Position numbers and translations under genes: made by a program
The notes under the pieces: model-generated
What the model was told of the DNA's origin: nothing
Database searches by the model: none
Seen by the model: the letters and a program-made list of their open reading frames with translations, nothing else
Source of the DNA: an uncultured Candidatus Actinomarina sp.
GTDB lineage: Bacteria > Actinomycetota > Acidimicrobiia > Actinomarinales > Actinomarinaceae
Assembly (NCBI GenBank): GCA_902615855.1
Contig: CACMQN010000001.1
Span: 81,592-145,591, forward strand
DNA length: 64,000 nucleotides
Direction: 5' to 3'
Part shown: piece after piece, positions 37,903-46,611 of the stretch
Layout of the letters: each line of letters begins with the position of its first letter
Numbering within the stretch: the first letter of the stretch is position 1

Positions 37903-38967
37903 TCAAGGTAATTTTCCTACATTTTCAACAATTTCTAAATAATTAGAACGTAATCTTAATAACGAGTTGTTAAAAAATACTGTCTCTGTTTCTTTGTTTA
38001 ATTTAATTGCACTAATAAGAGTCTCTGCAACGGAAATTTCATTGTTTCTTAATGAAGCAACTAATCTTCCATGCAATTCTTGAGCCGTAATTAAGGCTGA
38101 CTCCAATATTTTTTTATGTTCATTCAATTCATCTATTTCTGGCAAACTTTCTGCGTTGAGTGTACTTTTTGCTCCTATCTGTGATAACACGCTAGTTAAA
38201 TCGTCTACGTCTATAGATTGATTAATAGTTAATGTATCTTCATAAATTAATATATCAGAATGCATAATACGGTAAGTAAATAGTAGATCTAGATTTTGAA
38301 TAACTTGATAAAGAGAATTTAAAGAAATTTCAATCTCATTTGTACCCTCTATATCTCTTCCAGACAAATATGATTCATATTCTATAAGTGATGATTCTAT
38401 TGTTTGTAAATTAGCACTTGCATTAGAGATATCATATCTTGAATAGAATGGATCTGTAGCAATAATTATCAAATCAGGAATTTGATCAATAAAACTATTT
38501 GCATCTTTAGTAACATTTATTATGATATTTTCATTTTGAATTGATGCATTTCTATTGTTAATAAAAAATACAGTAACAAAACTAATAATAAAAAAAGTTG
38601 CAATTACAAATATTAATGGGCTCAACCATTGTCTTCTTTTTTCAATATCTGTCCAAATTTTTTTAATTTGAGAAGTGACTTTTAAAGGAGTAAATATTTC
38701 TGTATTTGCCTCAGGCTTGAATTCTTCTATCTTCTCATCTGTTACATTGTTTGTTATTTCATAAGTTAATTGTTGACTAAATCTTTCCGAATCATTTTCT
38801 TCGTTAATATCCTCTATCGCACTTGAAGCTTGAAGATTATCCATTTCTTTGATTATGTCTGGAGTCTGAATGATTGTTGTGTCAGTTTCAAAACCTAATA
38901 CATCAAGAATTTTTATTTTATTTGATGTTTTTGCTTTCTTTATAAAAAGATAATCTCTAATATTCAT
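37903..38967 (-). CDS. hypothetical single-pass membrane protein
   Basis: One TM helix (WLSPLIFVIATFFIISFVTVFFI) and no recognised motifs. I prefer the internal ATG at 38967 because the longer ORF (to 39096) overlaps dut by 113 nt. Confidence 0.35.
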   Translation of the reverse strand: MNIRDYLFIKKAKTSNKIKILDVLGFETDTTIIQTPDIIKEMDNLQASSAIEDINEENDSERFSQQLTYEITNNVTDEKIEEFKPEANTEIFTPLKVTSQIKKIWTDIEKRRQWLSPLIFVIATFFIISFVTVFFINNRNASIQNENIIINVTKDANSFIDQIPDLIIIATDPFYSRYDISNASANLQTIESSLIEYESYLSGRDIEGTNEIEISLNSLYQVIQNLDLLFTYRIMHSDILIYEDTLTINQSIDVDDLTSVLSQIGAKSTLNAESLPEIDELNEHKKILESALITAQELHGRLVASLRNNEISVAETLISAIKLNKETETVFFNNSLLRLRSNYLEIVENVGKLP

Positions 38968-38983
38968 CAATGAAAGGTTACCA

Positions 38984-39421
38984 TTGAAAAAAAATATTGA
39001 GATAGAAATACAACTTATAAGCTCAAATGCAAAAGTCCCTTCAAAAAAGCATGTATCAGACATTGGATACGATCTAAGTGCGTCTAACAATGTCACACTT
39101 GAATCTAATGAAGTTACTCTTGTTAGTACCGGTATCGCAATAAATCTTCCAGATCAATGTGCGGGATTTGTTTTACCAAGATCAGGCCTCTCAACTAAAC
39201 ATAAAATTACATTAATTAATAGTCCTGGATTAATTGACCCAGGATACACTGGTGAATTACTAGTACCTCTAATAAATCATGATGACAAAAATTATGATAT
39301 AAAATCTGGTGATAGAATTGCTCAACTTGTACTAATAAATACAAATAGTGCTGATTTTAAAATTGTAGATTATCTTCCGGAGACCAATAGATCATCTGGT
39401 GGTTTTGGTTCCACTGATTAA
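38984..39421 (+). CDS. dut: dUTP diphosphatase
   Basis: SDIGYDL, PRSGLS, GLIDPGYTGE and C-terminal SSGGFGSTD motifs. TTG start. Confidence 0.85.
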   Translation: MKKNIEIEIQLISSNAKVPSKKHVSDIGYDLSASNNVTLESNEVTLVSTGIAINLPDQCAGFVLPRSGLSTKHKITLINSPGLIDPGYTGELLVPLINHDDKNYDIKSGDRIAQLVLINTNSADFKIVDYLPETNRSSGGFGSTD

Positions 39422-39464
39422 TTTCTTTTTAAATAACTCAAATATAAACTATCATTAATTTATT

Positions 39465-39537
39465 GCGGAAGTAGCTCAGCTGGTAGAGCGTAACCTTGCC
39501 AAGGTTAAGGCCGCGGGTTCGAACCCCGTCTTCCGCT
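39465..39537 (+). tRNA. tRNA-Gly (GCC)
   Basis: Hand-folded cloverleaf: acceptor GCGGAAG/CTTCCGC, anticodon arm TAACC-TTGCCAA-GGTTA, T-loop TTCGAAC. No encoded CCA. Confidence 0.9.
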
Positions 39538-39541
39538 CACT

Positions 39542-39612
39542 GGCGACGTGGCGGAGTGGCTACGCAGAGGTCTGCAAAACCTTGTACACCGGTTCGATTC
39601 CGGTCGTCGCCT
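39542..39612 (+). tRNA. tRNA-Cys (GCA)
   Basis: Acceptor GGCGACG/CGTCGCC, anticodon arm GAGGT-CTGCAAA-ACCTT, T-arm ACCGG-TTCGATT-CCGGT. Lies 4 nt after tRNA-Gly. Confidence 0.9.
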
Positions 39613-39621
39613 CTAATAATT

Positions 39622-40299
39622 ATGATTGCTATTACTGGTGCTGGAGAATATTTAGACACTATTCGTCCCTACGATAAAGTGTTATTAGATAAGTTAGAGA
39701 AAGAACCATATGTTTTGTCATTTCCCACTGCAGCAGGGCTCGAAAGTGAAGAGAGAATTCAATATTGGCTTGATCTAGCAGATAAACATTTTGATAAACT
39801 AGGTGTCAAACATAAGTCAATCAAGGCTCTTAATGTAAATGATTACAACAAACCTGAAACAATAACAGAGATTGAGAATGCAAATTTTATTTATTTTTCA
39901 GGTGGAAACCCAAACCATCTTTATCAAACATTGAGTAATTCAATAGCATGGGAAAAGATATTAGCTGTCCACAGTAATGGAGGTATACTTGCTGGCTGTA
40001 GTGCAGGAGCAATGATTATGGGTGAAAAGATGAATAAGGGTAAAGGTTTTGGTTTTTTTAAGAATTCTATGGTTTTACCCCATTGGAATGAGGTTTTGTA
40101 TAAAGCAATACTCACTTCTTCTAAACAGATTCATAAATCAAAATATAAAATACTTGGTTTAGAAATGAACACATATCTCGTATTGAATAATGATAAATTA
40201 GAGATTATAGGTGACCAACAAGTTCATATTATGCATAAGAAAGAAGAACAAACATTTGATAATGGTGACATAATAGAATTATCAGTATTGGATTTATAA
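39622..40299 (+). CDS. peptidase S51 (dipeptidase E/cyanophycinase-like) family protein
   Basis: FSGGNPNHLYQTL and the nucleophile context AGCSAGAMIMG. True start is ATG 39622; the upstream part of ORF 39496 is just translated tRNA sequence. Confidence 0.6.
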   Translation: MIAITGAGEYLDTIRPYDKVLLDKLEKEPYVLSFPTAAGLESEERIQYWLDLADKHFDKLGVKHKSIKALNVNDYNKPETITEIENANFIYFSGGNPNHLYQTLSNSIAWEKILAVHSNGGILAGCSAGAMIMGEKMNKGKGFGFFKNSMVLPHWNEVLYKAILTSSKQIHKSKYKILGLEMNTYLVLNNDKLEIIGDQQVHIMHKKEEQTFDNGDIIELSVLDL

Positions 40300-40944
40300 A
40301 TGTGTGGAAGGTATTACTTATCACTTGATCTTGGTGATTTATCTTTTGTAGATAATCTCAGTGGATATGATTTTAAAGACAACTTTAATATTTCACCACA
40401 GGCAAATGTTCCAGTTGTAATTGATAATAATTTAGTTAATTGTACTTGGGGTTATTATCCACAGTGGCTTAAAGATCAAAGTAATTCAAAGCCACTTTTT
40501 AATACAAGATTTGAGTCGTTACTTGAGAAAAAAACATTTATATCGGCATTTAATAAGAGTAGATGCATAGTACCAATATCTGGATGGTATGAATGGAAAG
40601 TAATTGATGATGCAAAACAGCCTTTTTTCTTTAAGCATAATGATAACCAAAATATGTTTGCCGCTGGTCTGTACTGGAAGAGATCAGATGGAACTACAGA
40701 GTTTACGATCATAACAACTTCTGCGCCGATAGAAATTAATGAAGTTCATGACCGTTCACCCTTAATCCTTGATGATATATCTATGGGTATTTGGTTATCA
40801 GATGAAAATTCAGAATATATTCATGAGAATATTTCACATGATTTTGGTGAAATCATTGAACATTATCAAGTGACAAAGTCAGTAAATAATCCAAAGAACA
40901 ATAATGCATTGCTTATTGAAGAATTTAATGAGGTACCATTTTAA
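40300..40944 (+). CDS. SOS response-associated peptidase (SRAP/YedK-HMCES family, abasic-site crosslinking)
   Basis: Invariant N-terminal MCGRY (Cys2), plus NISPQ, PISGWYEW and HDRSPLIL blocks. Confidence 0.85.
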   Translation: MCGRYYLSLDLGDLSFVDNLSGYDFKDNFNISPQANVPVVIDNNLVNCTWGYYPQWLKDQSNSKPLFNTRFESLLEKKTFISAFNKSRCIVPISGWYEWKVIDDAKQPFFFKHNDNQNMFAAGLYWKRSDGTTEFTIITTSAPIEINEVHDRSPLILDDISMGIWLSDENSEYIHENISHDFGEIIEHYQVTKSVNNPKNNNALLIEEFNEVPF

Positions 40945-41147
40945 TGAATAGTCAGTCTCCAATTTATTCAATCAAGTTTACGATTTCTTGGATAATTGTT
41001 TATGGTGCTATTGTTTTTATTCTTTTTCAAATTATTAATTTTTTTATTGCTCTCTATATTGGCCTTTGGATTTTAAATTTAATTATTGAGTTAACAGAGA
41101 GATTGTTTCTTCGATTTGGAAAAAGAATCGTTACTGTAGAGAAATAA
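40944..41147 (+). CDS. small two-TM hypothetical protein
   Basis: 67 aa, hydrophobic. TAATG coupling to the upstream gene. Confidence 0.3.
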   Translation: MNSQSPIYSIKFTISWIIVYGAIVFILFQIINFFIALYIGLWILNLIIELTERLFLRFGKRIVTVEK

Positions 41148-41188
41148 TCATTCTACAAATATGATTTATACTGCTATATTTTTTATAC

Positions 41189-41262
41189 GGGAGATTAGCT
41201 CAGTTCGGCAGAGCACTTGCTCGACACGCAAGGGGTCACAAGTTCAAATCTTGTATCTCCCA
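41189..41262 (+). tRNA. tRNA-Val (GAC) with unusual C at position 33
   Basis: Acceptor GGGAGAT/ATCTCCC, D-arm GCTC-AGTTCGGCA-GAGC, anticodon arm CTTGC-TCGACAC-GCAAG, T-arm ACAAG-TTCAAAT-CTTGT. Confidence 0.8.
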
Positions 41263-41267
41263 CAAAT

Positions 41268-42389
41268 ATGAAAACATCTTTATTGATATTATTTTCTTTG
41301 TTTATTTCATTTTGTTCTGTAGGTTCAGATGAAAGCACAACAACAAACCCAAATGATTCAACATCAGAACCTTCTGAAATTAGTAACAACCAGACAGTTA
41401 ATAATATTGATGGAGATATCAATTATTTTATCGCTTCTACTGTTTCTAATGAACATGAGGAAATGTTAAAAGAATGGGTCAAAATAGCTGAACAACTATA
41501 TTTTTCAAGATCTAGTGCAATTGTTGACAATCTTTATCCAATTTACATTGTTCAATTAGATCGAGATAATGCTCAATCAGCTTTCGAGTTAGAGGAATTT
41601 TATTGTCAATTTCTAGAAGATGAACATAAAAAACCATTTAGATGGGATGGCTATGACGCTAGTAGATGTGCTGATAATGAATGGTCCCAAGAGGAATATG
41701 AAAGAGATGGATTTTTTGTACAACCAAATGGTGATGTTGCTGGTTCAGCCATAATGAGTATTAGACAACGAGATGGATATTCTTTATTTTTAAGCCGAAC
41801 ACATGACTTACCAGAGCATGCCTCATCTATGGGCTTTGTTACTCTACACGAAATGTTTCACATATTTCAAAATTCACACATAACTTCTACAGATGATTAC
41901 GACGAACAAAGAATTATTAATGGAAGAAAATCAGGTGATAATCCAGATCATGACGTACCTTGGTGGCATGAAGGTGTTACGGTGTATTTCAGTTACATAG
42001 ATTATGCTCGCGAAACAAACGATCTATCGTGGTTTAAAGATGAAATGGAATGTACGTTGTTTTGTGAGAAAGATAGGTATGGGAATAAAAGTAGGTTAAC
42101 AATTTATAAGGAATCCGGAATAAAATTAAATAATATAAGATATGATGAAAATCCTGAACCAATAGATTCACAAATTGGTTATGAAGTAGGTGCATGGTTC
42201 GTTGCATATCTTGTTGAACAACATGGTGAAGAAAAAGTTCTCAACATTTATTCTCTGCTTGATGAGTACGGATTTGAAGAAGCATTCATAATGCAATTTG
42301 GAAATGACTACAGATCATACCTTGAGGAATTTGATAAATTTTTAGATTTACCTAAAGAAAATATTTTAAATATTTTGCAGAACAGTTAA
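41268..42389 (+). CDS. secreted lipoprotein with HExxH zinc-metallopeptidase-like motif
   Basis: Signal peptide plus Cys (LFISFCSVGSD), a Thr/Asn-rich linker, and VTLHEMFHIF. True start is ATG 41268, immediately after the tRNA. Confidence 0.5.
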   Translation: MKTSLLILFSLFISFCSVGSDESTTTNPNDSTSEPSEISNNQTVNNIDGDINYFIASTVSNEHEEMLKEWVKIAEQLYFSRSSAIVDNLYPIYIVQLDRDNAQSAFELEEFYCQFLEDEHKKPFRWDGYDASRCADNEWSQEEYERDGFFVQPNGDVAGSAIMSIRQRDGYSLFLSRTHDLPEHASSMGFVTLHEMFHIFQNSHITSTDDYDEQRIINGRKSGDNPDHDVPWWHEGVTVYFSYIDYARETNDLSWFKDEMECTLFCEKDRYGNKSRLTIYKESGIKLNNIRYDENPEPIDSQIGYEVGAWFVAYLVEQHGEEKVLNIYSLLDEYGFEEAFIMQFGNDYRSYLEEFDKFLDLPKENILNILQNS

Positions 42390-42742
42390 TCAGCGTATTT
42401 ATCTGCACCCATAAAATGAATTGAGACATAATCCTCGTCTCCAACAACCCAGCTATCGTGTGGGGTATTTGACACATAAAATATATCTCCAGGACCAATT
42501 ATTTTTGGCTCTTCATTTTCAAATGCTACTGTAGCATTTCCACTAATAACCATTCCTAAATGTTCTGTCTCGCAAAACTCTGTTCCAGAAAGAGGGGAGA
42601 CATCATCTGACCATTTCCACCCTTTATGATAAGTTGCCTTACCAATTGTCATATGTGGAAGATTTACTACTTCATATTTTCCTTTATCAAACTCTCTGAT
42701 CTCATCAGGGTTTTCAAATCTTTTTATAATGTAATCATCCAT
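42386..42742 (-). CDS. cupin domain protein
   Basis: The small beta-barrel pattern (GDIFYVSNTPHDSWVVG) is typical of cupin_2. The start is taken as the internal ATG at 42742 to avoid overlapping the divergent gene. Confidence 0.55.
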   Translation of the reverse strand: MDDYIIKRFENPDEIREFDKGKYEVVNLPHMTIGKATYHKGWKWSDDVSPLSGTEFCETEHLGMVISGNATVAFENEEPKIIGPGDIFYVSNTPHDSWVVGDEDYVSIHFMGADKYAD

Positions 42743-42761
42743 CTGCTTATAATAATTCAAT

Positions 42762-43634
42762 ATGAATAAACAGACACGAAATATCATAAACGTTTCATTA
42801 ACTCTGGTCGCAATATATCTTTACAGTTTTACTGCAAGCAATATCGAAACAGAAATTCTTGGATTTAATGCTTTTAAATTTCTGATAAGCATTGCAGTGT
42901 TAATTCAGTTTTTAATCTTTTTACCTTCATTTATATTTAAAACAGAAAAATTTTATGATCTTACAGGTAGTCTTACGTACATATCAGTGTCGAGTATTGC
43001 TTACTTTTCACTCGATAACCCCACGACAACTGATACGATTCTTTTTCTTTATGTTGTTATTTGGGCTGGAAGACTTGGATTATTCCTTTTTAGAAGAATT
43101 AATAAAGTTGGTAAAGATGTACGATTTGATAAAGCTAAAAAGAAATTCTTTTGGTTCTTGCAGTACTGGATGGGACAAGCTGCATGGGTTGTATTCACTG
43201 CAGGTGCATCTGTCTTGGCCATTCTTTCACCAGTAGAAACAGAGTTAGACATTATTGCATATATTGGAATATTTCTATGGTGGTCAGGGTTCTTAATTGA
43301 AGTTATTGCTGATTATCAAAAAAGAAAATTTAGAGAAACATCAGATCCAAAAACCGAGTTCATATCAAGTGGCCTTTGGGCAAAATCTCGCCATCCAAAC
43401 TATTTTGGTGAAATAACGCTTTGGATTGGTATGGCTGTATTATCGCTTAGTTCGTTATCTGGAATTGAATATGTTACAGCAATAGTTTCTCCAGTCTTTG
43501 TTTACTTACTCTTAAGAAAAGCAGAGGGAGTTCCTATGCTAGAGCGAATAGCTGATGAACGTTATGGTCATTTACCTGAATATCAAGAATACAAAGAGAA
43601 CACTCCTGTTCTTATGATGAAATTATTTAAATAA
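42762..43634 (+). CDS. DUF1295 / steroid 5-alpha-reductase-like membrane protein
   Basis: SSGLWAKSRHPNYFGEITLWIG is the family hallmark. Confidence 0.7.
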   Translation: MNKQTRNIINVSLTLVAIYLYSFTASNIETEILGFNAFKFLISIAVLIQFLIFLPSFIFKTEKFYDLTGSLTYISVSSIAYFSLDNPTTTDTILFLYVVIWAGRLGLFLFRRINKVGKDVRFDKAKKKFFWFLQYWMGQAAWVVFTAGASVLAILSPVETELDIIAYIGIFLWWSGFLIEVIADYQKRKFRETSDPKTEFISSGLWAKSRHPNYFGEITLWIGMAVLSLSSLSGIEYVTAIVSPVFVYLLLRKAEGVPMLERIADERYGHLPEYQEYKENTPVLMMKLFK

Positions 43635-43690
43635 CTTGAGTAAATTTTTTAATTTTCAAGTAAGGAAAATAATATAAATACATAAAAGAT

Positions 43691-44896
43691 ATGAATTTAA
43701 ATATTGTTGAGACTGAATATCAATCTTCTGTTCCCATTAAAGGAGTCTGTCATGAAGATTTCCAAAATGTAGCTGAAAAATTTGCTATAAATTTTGATAA
43801 ATATTCTGAAATAGGTTCATCATTATGTGTAATAGCTGATGGGGAAGTTACTGTAGATTTATTTGCAGGTCATACAACACTTCAGAAGAGTAAAGAGTGG
43901 AAGGAAAACACATTAGCTGTTGCGTTTTCATGCACAAAAGCTGCTGTTGCTTTATGTGCTCATATTTTAATTGATAAAGGACTTCTTAATGCCCAAGAAA
44001 AAGTTACAAAGTATTGGCCTGAATATGGCAAGAATGGAAAAGAAAACACAACAGTAGAGATGATCCTAAATCATTCAGCAGGATTACCAGCACTAAAAAC
44101 GAGGGTAAAAGATGATGGCTTTTTAGATTGGGACTACGTAGTTAATTTATTGGAAAATGAAAAACCATTCTGGACACCAGGAGAGCAAACAGGCTATCAC
44201 ATGATGACAACAGGATGGTTAATAGGTGAGATAATTAGAAGAATTTCTGGTAAATCTCTCGGAAAATATTTCAAAGATGAAATCAGCGATCCACTTAATC
44301 TTGAGTATTGGATTGGTTTACCTGACAGTGAGGACCATAGAGTTGCTAAAGTCACTCCATTTACATCCAGTTCGTCAGATAAACCAAGTGCATTTGCTGA
44401 TGCATTTAGAAATGATTTATCTTCTATGCAGAGATTATCACTTACAAATACCGGTGGCTACGATTACAACTCTCCAGACACTTATAGATCCGAATTAGGG
44501 GGAGTTGGTGGTATAACTAATGCACGTTCGTTAGCTAAAATGATGACACCACTAGCACAAAACAATGAAAAAATTATTTCTAAAGAAGGGGTTAAGCGTT
44601 TAAGTCAATCAAATATTAGATCAGATATAGATAGCATGCTTTTACTTCCAACAAACTTTTCTGAAGGATTCATGTTAAATATGGACAATAGAGGGAAATT
44701 TGAAGGTGAGGGTGGATCTTTTTTGATTGGTAACAATGCGTTTGGTCATGTTGGCTTTGGTGGAAGCAGTGCAACATTTGCTGATCCTGATTGTAAATTA
44801 GCTTTTGGTTACGTTGTAAACAAATTAGGTGGAGAATATTTAATTAATGATAGGGGACAAAGCCTAATTGATGAAGCATATAAATCATTAATCTAA
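43691..44896 (+). CDS. serine hydrolase, beta-lactamase (class C/esterase) family
   Basis: SxxK motif (FSCTKA), a YHMMT Tyr region and a C-terminal HVGFGGS (KTG-like) block. Confidence 0.75.
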   Translation: MNLNIVETEYQSSVPIKGVCHEDFQNVAEKFAINFDKYSEIGSSLCVIADGEVTVDLFAGHTTLQKSKEWKENTLAVAFSCTKAAVALCAHILIDKGLLNAQEKVTKYWPEYGKNGKENTTVEMILNHSAGLPALKTRVKDDGFLDWDYVVNLLENEKPFWTPGEQTGYHMMTTGWLIGEIIRRISGKSLGKYFKDEISDPLNLEYWIGLPDSEDHRVAKVTPFTSSSSDKPSAFADAFRNDLSSMQRLSLTNTGGYDYNSPDTYRSELGGVGGITNARSLAKMMTPLAQNNEKIISKEGVKRLSQSNIRSDIDSMLLLPTNFSEGFMLNMDNRGKFEGEGGSFLIGNNAFGHVGFGGSSATFADPDCKLAFGYVVNKLGGEYLINDRGQSLIDEAYKSLI

Positions 44897-44929
44897 TTTT
44901 TATTTATCTACATCACTAGATTTGAAGCT

Positions 44930-46078
44930 TTAAATGAATCTATATGTTAATTTTCTCCATATCCACTCTAAGGGTCCATAGTTAAACCTATCTAAAATTG
45001 GCTTTGACCAAGCAATCTGGATTATCCAAACTATAAAAACAAATATCATTAGTTGAGATCTTGAAAAAGTATCTAATCCAAATGAACCTAGGATAAAAAC
45101 TCCAAAGATAGTTTGAACTATGTAATTTGTAAATGCCATCCTGCCGCATGCTTGCAATCTATTAGTTATAGAATCTCTTAGTTTCAAATTTAATATTGTT
45201 AAAACTCCTGTATACCCAAGAACCATAGGTATTACTGACAATGTATTAAAAATAATGCTTATAAAAGCAACAGATGGGTCATAGTTCGTACTAATAAGTA
45301 AATAGACACTATAGATTGATAAGGGTAAACCGATTGACAAACCATAAACAGAAATTTTTTTATAAAATGAAATATTTTTGTTACCTTGAATAATATTTAA
45401 TTTATAAAGTAAAATACCAAACAGCATTAAGGTTATTGCTCTGAAAAACGCGCCTATAAACCACCACATACCAATAAGATTGCCTGGAGCATTTGAATCT
45501 GGAAACCAAATACTTCCAAATGATAATTCACCACCTTCGCTGGCTAAAAGAACCCATTCTTCCTGAGATATCAAGTTTCCATTCGTATCGTATAACGATG
45601 AGAAATAGTTAGTTATAAGAAGAAATGCAATCATCAAGAATACAATTGGTAATAGTATCAATATAGGTTTTTTAAGATCAGGAAACAAAATTATCAAGAA
45701 AGCACAAATCGCATATGGTGCCAATACGTCACCTATCCAAAGTGACAAGTGAAGTAAACCAAAACAAAATAATAGAAAGTTTCTCCAGATAGCAAGAGTT
45801 TTTGGTTTAGAGGTTTTCTTCTTTGCGTTCTCTAAAAAAATCATTATGCCTACTCCAAAAAGCATCGAAAATAATCCCATCATTTTATATTCAAAAAAGA
45901 CTGATGAAATTATCAAAACTGCCCAATCAAGACTGTTGTCAATTCCAAATGTTGATGGATTTGTTGTAGCAGTAAGGGGAAGTCCAAATGCTATTACGTT
46001 TATTATGAGTATTCCCAGTAAAGCAAAACCTCTAATAAAGTCTAAATTTGTAATTCTCGATTTAATCAACTTATTCAC
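44930..46078 (-). CDS. DUF418 (YeiB-like) membrane protein
   Basis: N-terminal RITNLDFIRGFALLGILIIN and C-terminal GPLEWIWRKLTY blocks. Confidence 0.6.
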   Translation of the reverse strand: MNKLIKSRITNLDFIRGFALLGILIINVIAFGLPLTATTNPSTFGIDNSLDWAVLIISSVFFEYKMMGLFSMLFGVGIMIFLENAKKKTSKPKTLAIWRNFLLFCFGLLHLSLWIGDVLAPYAICAFLIILFPDLKKPILILLPIVFLMIAFLLITNYFSSLYDTNGNLISQEEWVLLASEGGELSFGSIWFPDSNAPGNLIGMWWFIGAFFRAITLMLFGILLYKLNIIQGNKNISFYKKISVYGLSIGLPLSIYSVYLLISTNYDPSVAFISIIFNTLSVIPMVLGYTGVLTILNLKLRDSITNRLQACGRMAFTNYIVQTIFGVFILGSFGLDTFSRSQLMIFVFIVWIIQIAWSKPILDRFNYGPLEWIWRKLTYRFI

Positions 46079-46169
46079 TTTGTATTAATTATTTAAATTA
46101 TACAAATCATTAGATTGGAATTTATTTTAAATTGTGTATTATTTAATTAGGTAATAAGCCTGTTACCTC

Positions 46170-46201
46170 AAAAAAGAGTTCAGGAAACTGGACTCTTTTT
46201 T
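46170..46201 (-). terminator. bidirectional rho-independent terminator
   Basis: AAAAAA-GAGTTCAG-GAAA-CTGGACTC-TTTTTT: an 8-bp stem with one G-U pair and a GNRA-like loop. It lies 20 nt downstream of the stop of the minus-strand gene 46221..46595. Confidence 0.7.
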
Positions 46202-46220
46202 ATATAAGGTAACTATTTAT

Positions 46221-46595
46221 TTAGCTAAGTCCGCCTTTGTATCTCTTGGATATTGGATTCATGGGTGCAAGACTTTCCATCAACTCTTCTGATACATCAC
46301 CAAGAACTGTCATTTTATCAATATTTGCTATCTCTCGAAATTTTAAATTAACCGGTGTTCCCATTACTTTTCCAGCTAACCCTTGAAAATTATCTGATTT
46401 TTCAAAAACCTCAACTAAAGTTCCTGTGTTTGAATCTTCATCAAGAAACCATTCAAACTTAATCAATCCTTCAGGATTTACACTATCAATAAACTGGCAT
46501 TGTTCATTTAATATGAAATCCATAAACATATCTCTGTCATCAAATGACACATCAATAATTACTGTTATATTTCCACTGTTATTATGTAATTGCAT
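46221..46595 (-). CDS. hypothetical protein (possibly ABM/ferredoxin-like fold)
   Basis: 124 aa with no diagnostic motif. The coding call rests on ORF length and the terminator. Confidence 0.3.
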   Translation of the reverse strand: MQLHNNSGNITVIIDVSFDDRDMFMDFILNEQCQFIDSVNPEGLIKFEWFLDEDSNTGTLVEVFEKSDNFQGLAGKVMGTPVNLKFREIANIDKMTVLGDVSEELMESLAPMNPISKRYKGGLS

Positions 46596-46611
46596 TTTTC
46601 TCCTTTTTTAT

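Noticed and set aside
38968-39096. The first 43 codons of minus-strand ORF 37903..39096.
   Set aside because: They overlap the well-supported dut N-terminus by 113 nt and look like low-complexity shadow sequence. The internal ATG at 38967 is preferred, though this is unproven.
39496-39621. The N-terminal 42 codons of ORF 39496..40299 (MPRLRPRVRTPSSAHWRRGGVATQRSAKPC...).
   Set aside because: This Arg/Pro-rich, GC-rich stretch is simply the translation of the tRNA-Gly 3' end and tRNA-Cys. The real CDS starts at ATG 39622 (MIAITGAGEY).
41195-41422. The minus-strand 75-aa ORF, and the 5' extension of ORF 41217..42389.
   Set aside because: Both overlap tRNA-Val (41189..41262). The plus-strand protein has a clean signal peptide starting at ATG 41268.
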